Below, in pieces: positions 1 to 64,000 of a DNA stretch of 64,000 bases; position 1 is the stretch's first letter; each line of letters opens with the position of its first letter. This stretch comes from the human T2T-CHM13v2.0 reference genome, Homo sapiens. The notes under the pieces are model-generated. The model was not told the DNA's origin and ran no database searches. It saw only the letters and a program-made list of their open reading frames with translations. The position numbers and the translations under genes were made by a program. Location: NCBI RefSeq assembly GCF_009914755.1, contig NC_060941.1; one strand, written 5' to 3'.

Positions 1-157
1 CATCTGCAAGCCAGGAAGACAGCCCTCACCAGAACCCAACCATGCGGGCACCGTGATCTTGGACTTCCCAGTAGCCAAAACTCATAAATAAATTTTTGTT
101 GTATAAACCTCCCAGTCTCTGGTATTTTGTTATGGCAGCCCAAGTAGGCTGAGATAC
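1..157 (+). mobile_element. MaLR LTR 3' end (MST/MLT1-like), truncated by the window edge
   Basis: gcaagccaggaag..ccctcaccagaaccc..ttggacttcc..ggtattttgttatggcagccc..gctgagata resembles the MaLR LTR 3' consensus. Confidence 0.75.
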
Positions 158-163
158 CTACTA

Positions 164-13780
<13,617 letters not shown>

Positions 13781-14392
13781 TTAGGTCCGGGTCCGGCCCG
13801 GCTTGGCCCCGGCCCCCGCCATGCCGGGCCCCGACGCCGGATCCGCGCAGCACCGCCGCGGGCCGACCAGCTGCGCGCGCAGGAGCAACGCTGAGCGAGG
13901 ACGCGCTGGTGCGCACACGAGCCCCGCCTTCCGCAGCCCGCCAGCCAACCAACGGCCTCCCACCCCAGTCCCGCCCTGTCCTACGACGCTGCAGGGCCGA
14001 CGGGCTGCGTGCGCGAGGAGCGGGCGTGGTTCCGGGAGGAGGGCGAGGGGGAGCGGACCAAGAGCTGAAACACGCCCCGGGCGCACACCACGGTGCCCGG
14101 AACCGCGGGGCTCGGGGACCCGCGGGGGTCGGAGTCCGGGCCCACTACCTGGGCTGGCGGTGGACCTGGCTGACTCATTTCGGTCCGGGGAGCTCACTTT
14201 GAGGGGAGTTGGAGTCCGCCTAGCCACTTAGGCCTGGACTCAGGGTTCTGCGGAAGTTACACCCCTGGTCAGACGTGGTAGCACTCCCATCTTATTCAAG
14301 ATCCTGTTTGAAAATTACTGAGGCAGAAACTAGGAGGTAATTAAAAGGCCTCAAAAATCTCGCCTCATTCCATCCACAGAGGAAACTAATGA

Positions 14393-14531
14393 GGTTTTGT
14401 TTTTTTTTTCTTTGAGACAAGGACTCGCTACGTTGCCCAGTCTGGTCTCGAACTCCTGCAGGCTCAAGGGATCCTCCTGCCTCAGCCTCCTGAGTAGCTT
14501 GGACTAAAGACGCGTGTCACGGTTCCTGGCC
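14393..14531 (-). mobile_element. Alu monomer (FLAM-like)
   Basis: Poly(T) followed by reverse Alu monomer. Confidence 0.75.
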
Positions 14532-14665
14532 AATGAGTTTTTACTTCATTTACTGTTTGAACACTGTTCTGGTCCATCTACTTATGGCACGAACTGGGCC
14601 CTGATGGAGGAGAGGAGGAGATACTGCAGAAGTAGTGAATATTGTTCTTGCCCTTTAGCAAAAAA

Positions 14666-14809
14666 TAGTTTATCTGGGAAGCAAACATAATTACATAAAG
14701 TAGACAATACATAGTCAGTTTTGCCTGCTTCCTTCTGTGTAGTTTATCTGGGAAGCAAACATAATTACATAAAATAGACAATACATAGTTTTGCCTGCTT
14801 CCTTCTCTG
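14666..14809. repeat. Two-copy ~72-bp tandem duplication
   Basis: Copies 14666-14739 and 14740-14809 differ by a 4-nt indel and two substitutions. Confidence 0.92.
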
Positions 14810-15740
14810 TAAAATGAGAGAACAGGACAAAGGTCCCTCAGCGTTACTGTGCTAAGGATCAGTATCTGAATGATGATCTACTGATACAGCACAAGCTAAG
14901 GAAATCCTGACGGTTTCAAAATAAGTATTATGGAGGAGGTCATGTCTCTTTTCATACCCCTTCGCTCCCACGTCCTAATCTCCATATATATCCTTCAAGA
15001 TTTTACTCAGAGCCTCTCTTTTTGGCTCCCTCAGATAAAACACCATTTCATCTTTCACCTGTGTGTTGCCCGAAGTTGCTTTCACTCCTCTGATTGTTTC
15101 CTCCCTTATCTATTCCTCTCTTCAGTGATTTCACATCTCCCCAAGAGCTCCAGCGCTGCTGTTTCAAGGTCATACTTACCTCTCAAGCACTGTATTTGCG
15201 TCATCTTCCTCGTCATCTGCAGCCTTCCCCCAGGGTATGTCCTCCGAATGCTCTGGGAAGGCCCAATTCACTGAAAACCTCTGTCCAAGTCAAGGAGGGG
15301 TGCCGTGCAACACGTATCCCTACTCTGGTTCATCTTATCCAATCTGTTTATTGAACCAAGATTCCTGTCACTTCCTTCCTTCTCCCTTGACTATTACCGG
15401 CCCTACTCCCAGCCATCTCATAGCCTAAAATGTTGATTTTATGATTTGTCTATTTCTTTCTGGAGAGATCTTAAGGGATCAACACAAGTGAAGTGGAATA
15501 AAGGCAGGGAGTCGGGGGTGGGGGGTGGTTGAGGCAACAGTGGGGCTCAACTAATTCATGGCCTCCATTTATTGAGACCACAAGCCCTTGTAAAAGAGAC
15601 CAAGTCTTTTAACGTCACGGGCCATGTTTGGCACAGAAATGGTGTCTCTAAATGTTCAACATTAACAAAACAAATAGAAAAAAAAAGAACAAAACCCGGA
15701 AGTTTCTAAAAATAAAAAAAGCCTGCTAGTCACTGAAATT

Positions 15741-15754
15741 CCAGCAGATGGCAG
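15741..15754 (+). promoter_or_regulatory. Candidate CTCF site
   Basis: CCAGCAGATGGCAG fits the CCASYAGRKGGCRS consensus. Confidence 0.6.
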
Positions 15755-15888
15755 CCATCTCCGTTCACCAATACCATGATTGGAAGCTACAGGAGCAAAT
15801 TTTCTGCAATTGACACAGGAAAGGAGGAAATCAGGTAGGCAGAGGACAAAAGTAGTTTTCTATCCACCTTTTTAGAGAGATATATCTA

Positions 15889-16970
<1,082 letters not shown>

Positions 16971-17085
16971 ATCTATAATATGGTACCTAGTATTTAGCAG
17001 TGAATAAATACTGGTTCGTTCTTTCTACCCCTACACCTTTTTCTCATCTGCAGTAACAGATACAAAGCAAACATTTCACTGGCTA

Positions 17086-17337
17086 TTTATTATGCTGTAT
17101 TCTCTGAGAGTTTTTAGCTATAATTAGTCAAAGATCTATTAAAGATGAGATGCCTGGAGAGAAGTCAAAGTAGAGGGAGAAAAGGTTTGTATGCAAGAAA
17201 AGCTCTTAAAAGGGCCCACATTGGAGCTTCATAGCGTCTCCAAAGAGTCTTAGGACTCAAAGGATTAAGCAGCTAATGAAATAGCACACCTAATAAATAA
17301 CAACACAGTGACTCATAATAAAATTATTGTTTTTATC
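17086..17337 (-). terminator. Candidate SDF2 polyadenylation region
   Basis: Minus-strand GATAAA variant at 17332-17337 with a GU/U-rich tract downstream (17296-17308), and a canonical AATAAA further out at 17086-17091. Which is used cannot be determined here. Confidence 0.45.
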
Positions 17338-17712
17338 ATTTTGGAGAGAGAAAATAGGGGGAAAATCACATACATTAACAGTCCATGATGCCAAGCTCCT
17401 GAAGAGTAAAAGTTTCCCAGCTAAGAGGGATGTTTCCCTCAGTTTGTTTTATCAGTACTAATAAAAAGCATCTGCCCCTTTACCAGCAAGTCCTCTACTC
17501 AGAAAGAACTGACCCACGCAAGTCTGGGAGAGTGACTAGTTCAAATGTGCAGGGCTGAAGCTTCCAAACACAGCCACTATTTTCTGTTGTATATCTTCAT
17601 CTCAATGGTGACATGGCCACTGCCCAAGGAACTTGTGGCAGGGATCCCAAGGTGAGGCAGCAACAGATGTCTGTGAACATTGTGCGTTAACAGTGGCTCA
17701 GAGCCTCTAGAT

Positions 17713-30640
<12,928 letters not shown>

Positions 30641-31106
30641 CCTAACTGTATCGCGGAGCCCCAAATCTTCGAAGAAAACTCGGCCCCTCCCCGGAACCGG
30701 AAGCTAATGGCGAAACCACGGAGAGAAGGAAGTGAAGAAGCCCGAGTCTGATCTTTATGGTTTATTTGACTAGAGCGGCCTGAGAAACCGGCTGAGCCTG
30801 GTTACTTACGATACTCTCGCTCTGTTCCAGGGGCTCAGTGACAGCTGCCTTCCTGAGCCGCTTCGGTTACCTTTCGCACCCACGAGACGAAAGCTTCCGA
30901 GAGCGGGAGAGAGAACAAGAAATGGCCCGCCCACTCCCGGTGACAGGGAGCCGGAAATGACGTAGCACGTTGACGCAGCAGCGGCGGCGGTGGCGGCGGA
31001 GGGGCCGTGCGGTGGGTCCGTACTATCTTTTCCCAGTCTCGGTTCGACGACTCCATTTTCCTCGGTGGGGGCTTAGCGCACTGGAGGAGCGGCGGGCTTC
31101 AGACAG
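30641..31106. promoter_or_regulatory. Bidirectional CpG-island promoter shared by SDF2 (-) and SUPT6H (+); includes non-coding SUPT6H exon 1 (ends 31106)
   Basis: Head-to-head genes. Tandem ETS sites CCGGAACCGGAAGC 30691-30704, GGAAGTG ~30728, YY1-like ATGGCG/AAATGGC at ~30707 and ~30920, ETS-CRE-like CCGGAAATGACGT 30951-30963; donor CAG|gtaaag at 31106/31107. Confidence 0.88.
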
Positions 31107-32329
31107 GTAAAGTTCCGACTGGAGAGCGTGTTTCTCGCAGGAGTCAGGTGGGGAACCGGGCTCCTAGGGCCTGGTCACGTAAGGGAAGAGGCAGTGGGGA
31201 GCCGTATGCGGGAAGAAGGGGGAGCCTGGCCTTCCCTGCTCTATGGGGGGAAGGGGGAGGAAAGCGCTGTAGTTGCTCAGAGTCCGAAAGCTTTTCCCAG
31301 CCCAGTGACACCCGGAACCCGTGAATCGGGTGGCACGTTGAATCAACAGGCTTCCTGGCATCCCGTCCTTCTCTCCGCAGGTTTTTAAAACTGGGCCACG
31401 CAAAAGGATTGGGGATGGAAGGGACCTGGGGCTTCTGAGCCAGGATCAGGTGATCGAGTTGTTTGTTCTGGGGATATGAATCCTGTGGAGCTTTCAGCAG
31501 CTCGGCCATCAGGCTAGAGGGCGATGCCAAATTCCAGCTCTTTACATATTGCTGAATAATACAAATAGAACTTTTTGTAGATGGTTGCATCCTTCATCCC
31601 TTTCTAAAGATCGAAGGTCTTGTAGAAGTCCTAAAGCCCGTCCATTCTCTATAGATTCATTTCCTCAAACGTTTGCCAGAGGCCTATCATGAACATCAAA
31701 ATTAGTTATTAAGTCAAAACTCCATCTTCTAGTTTCTACCTTTCTCCTCAGGCACTCCTTTGAACCAGCTGGAGAAGTTAATTTTCCTGGGTTGTTGCAA
31801 GAACTGATACTTATTTCAGAGGGCTAAGATCTCTGAAAATACTTCCGTGGAAATTCACTGTAATATCAAAAGTAACAAGGGTGTATGAAGCTACATCATT
31901 AATGAGCATTAGGGAGTGTAAACAATATTGAATTTGATTAATTTCTTCGGAAAAATGTCTGGTTCCACTGTTTATCTGGAAGTTACCAGTTTGTAAGTCT
32001 TCAGTGTTTTGATTACAGAAACATAACTGCTCTTCCATCAGCTGTGAATTTAGAGCCCTTTTTTACGAGTAATGTCCCTTTCACCAGTACAAGTACATTT
32101 TTATTCACTTGGCTTGTGTGGCTGCTAGATTGGATTAGCATAGCCTTGCAACTCTAGGAGGTTTTAACTTCATCAGGAGATTAATTACATCAGAAAGTGG
32201 TACCGTCTGGAGAGGCTTAGTCAAATTTTACAGTTCTTCCTCTGAAAGCCTACCTAGTGTGGTGGAAACATGATCTTTGTAGGCAAATACGTTTGCCCTG
32301 ATTCTATATTCTTGACCTTAATAAATGGC

Positions 32330-36483
<4,154 letters not shown>

Positions 36484-37781
36484 TCAGGCATCACCTTTTC
36501 TCAGATATTCCCCAACCTTCCCATTGCTCTCATAGTCCAGTTATATAACTTAACATAACCCTATTGTGCTTTGTCATAACGTTATTAACAAGTTTTTTGA
36601 GATAGATTGTGAACTCCACCAAGACTGTGAACTCCACCGGGGTAGGAAGCATATTTTACTCATTTTTATATACACAAGTCCCAGCACAGAGCTTGACTCT
36701 AAAAAAAAAAAACCCAGCAAATGTTAATTGAAGCTGCAAAGTGGAAGGAATTAACAGACTAGATCTCTTTTCACTCTGGTCTCCTCTTAATTGCCTACTA
36801 CAACTTCTTGTTCAAAGGGAGGGACTGCAGAGGGCCTCCCTTGTGGCAATCTGATCCCAGTTCCATTCCTCTTCCAGCGAATGTCATGGTAACCACCAGC
36901 CTCTCCCATTGAGCCACATCTTGTTCTGCAGCTGTGCTTCTGACTAGAGAAACCTCTCCCTCCATCTCCCCACTGCCCTTCTAGACCTATTCCAGTTGCA
37001 AATTTAACTTACAGTGTGAGTATGGGGAAAATTTTAAGAGCATAAGTGCTAAATACAACATCCAAACTACATCAGGCTCATCATAGATACCATGTATTAA
37101 TAATAATCATACACAAATAAATACATTAGTGTCTTTATTCTAGAGTAGTTCCCGCTTGTCAGTCTCAGACTGCAGTGCTACTGCAGTCTGCACATCTAGC
37201 TCCTGCAAGTTGCAGCAAGTCAGAATTGCTTCTGGCACACCTCTTATAACTGGAAGTCTTGGTATTGAGCTAGATTGGAGGCATTCCCCAGCTATAGCAT
37301 AGTGTGTGCTTTATTGCTAACCTAGGCGATGGGAAGAAAGAGAACACAGCTATCTTTCCAAGCTGTGTGCAGCATGGAGCACCAGCTGCCCTTGAGACAG
37401 AAGAAAGCTGTTGTTTTCATCAGGTAGGCTGTGTGTTTCTCTGTTAAGTAGGCTGAGGGGCATCTGGTCTGCAGGAGCTGGCATTTAATTTGAAGATGTT
37501 GAGGCCTTAAAAGATTGAACTTGTGGGTCTGATAGCCTAATTAGAACAAGCTATGTGTGGGGGCTGCCGTACTCAAATCTGTTTTTAATGGCTCAGTTCA
37601 GGGCTGAGGGGGAGCAATGTCAAAATTAAAATTAGAGCTCTAGATTTAATTGGCAGAAGTTTAAGACTTTCACTTTTGGCAGTGCTCAAGCTAAATGACC
37701 TTAAGGATAGAGATCTTGGGGTCATGGGGGAGCATCACCCTAACCCCTAGGCTTACTATACCGCATCTCTTTAGGGTCTTT

Positions 37782-38937
<1,156 letters not shown>

Positions 38938-39395
38938 ATAGATGTGGTACTGTCAACCATGAAGAGTCAGACAGACCTCAGCACTTACAGATGATAGTTT
39001 TGTCACCTTGAACAAATGACTACATCTCTCTGAGTCTGTTTCCTCCTCTGTTGAGAGAGAAGTGTGCTGTAACTCATAGGACAGTGTAGGGATTAATAGA
39101 ATACTTGTTCTCCTTGATAGGGACATAAAATAGTAGGGTATTTGTTAGTGTCTGGCACTTGGTAGGTGTGTAATAAGCATTATTCCTCAGGGTACTTTTT
39201 AAAAAATTGCTTAAAATACCCAAGAGAGACCCATATTATTTTGATTGGGTTTTGTGTGTGTGTTGTGAGTTTATTGTCCAGTTCTCTTCCTGTGCCTGTT
39301 CTGTGTGTCTATTGTAATATATAAAACGATTTTATGGTCCTTATTTTCATATTTCTATCTCTAGGAGACATTCAACTCCTTGAAAATGAACAATC

Positions 39396-42077
<2,682 letters not shown>

Positions 42078-42182
42078 CTAAAAGGCTGTTTGTGGGAAGG
42101 TTTAAGAGCCCTCTGTACAATCATGTGTCCGTTTTTTTATCCTTCACTCTTTTCTTTCCCTAGTTGTCTTCAGGCAGAGTGA

Positions 42183-62629
<20,447 letters not shown>

Positions 62630-63501
62630 TGATTGTCCTAAGGTCGTAGTGCAATTTTCAGCTGCCCAGATCAGGTCTCTTTAACTTTGGGCTGTCCCCA
62701 CCAGAAGTTAGGCTCTGTTCCCAGTGGCTGCTGGTGGGAAGTGTTTCAGGGAAGATTTATAACTAGTTGAAAGAAGCTAGGGTGAGAAGCATTTGAATGA
62801 GTAGCAGCTTTTGTTCACTGCCTTTGTGAAATTTCAGCAAGTTCCCAGTCCTTTGGGAGAGGGCTCTTCCTGTGTGGGAAGCTGCAGTTCAGTCCAGAGG
62901 GCAGGGCCCAGCATTACATGCTGTGAAACAGAAAGGCTCTGCCTGTTCTCCCAAGACCAGGCATCAGCGCTTTAGAGGGTGGGAAATAATGCATGGCACA
63001 GCCCCTGTGCACAGGGAGCCTCTGGATCCTCTAGGCAGGACCAGATGACACAGAAGGAACCTTGAGATGGTGTCTGTGGATAGGGAGGAAATCTCTAGGC
63101 TCCATTTCTGTTCTGTTATTTTCTGGCCATATATCATGCACCCACTAGATACCAGCACTGACATCGACATATGTTGTCTCTAATCTCACATGCTGATGGA
63201 AATGGAAATATTGTCTTTTGTCAGAGAAATTCAACTTTTTTCAGAATCACCCAGTTAGTGATATAGCTGATAGCAGCTCTGCGAAATTCACTGGTTCTGA
63301 GTGTTGTGAACCTCTGAGAACTATGACTTAGGAGGGCTGGGGAAAAATAGTTCTAATAAGTGAAGCTGGGGAGATTTTTCACAAGGAGAAGAGTGATGCA
63401 GAGTGACTGGCTTTTGCCACTACTTAGACAGAAGGGCTCATATCAAGGGTAAGATACAGAAAACAGCTATTATTTTGCTTCCCCTTCAAAAAGGGAAGTC
63501 A

Positions 63502-63855
<354 letters not shown>

Positions 63856-64000
63856 TCATGGGAGAAGAGAAGAGTGCCAGGGACAGGGTAGATCCAGCAG
63901 GCTTCAGCTGGTTTTCCTGCCCAGAGTGGAGGCATTAGTGCAGGGCTTGGCCTGTAGTCTACAGACAAGATTCCACCCCAAACTCCCAGTCTGCCATTCA

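Noticed and set aside
14666-14809. Direct repeats considered as CRISPR-like
   Set aside because: Eukaryotic context, two adjacent copies, no spacers; no CRISPR, tRNA or rRNA genes were seen in the window.
30957-30965. ATG ACG TAG mini-ORF near the SUPT6H start
   Set aside because: Coincides with the ETS-CRE-like promoter motif and is probably at or upstream of the TSS.

Overview
Primate (most likely human, chr17q11.2-type) genomic DNA. It holds three protein-coding genes, which I reconstructed exon by exon from splice signals and reading-frame continuity. (1) The 5' 23 exons of BLTP2/KIAA0100 (bridge-like lipid transfer protein) on the minus strand, ATG at 13780, running off the left edge. 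(2) The complete 3-exon SDF2 gene (211 aa, MIR domains, C-terminal HAEL) on the minus strand. (3) Exons 1-28 of SUPT6H (SPT6) on the plus strand, which shares a bidirectional CpG-island promoter with SDF2 and runs off the right edge. Introns are very Alu-rich and also contain an SVA, an RPS12 processed pseudogene, MaLR LTRs, DNA-transposon relics and L1/L2/MIR fragments. I found no new multi-gene system. The strongest leads are fine-scale. A strong-Kozak uORF ends in a TAA that directly abuts the weak BLTP2 ATG in frame. The RPS12 pseudogene appears to have inserted between the ancestral branch point and the acceptor of SDF2 exon 2, creating a decoy 3' splice site. SUPT6H intron 1 holds a candidate uORF-bearing 5' exon with a palindromic YY1 pair. 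SPT6 has a C2HC zinc-finger-like motif in its S1 region. SDF2 intron 1 carries a templated ~200-bp inverted duplication, and one BLTP2 intron is in frame and stop-free. Gene identities come from recalled protein sequences and repeat names from recalled consensus sequences, not from database searches. Exon numbers are my own count.
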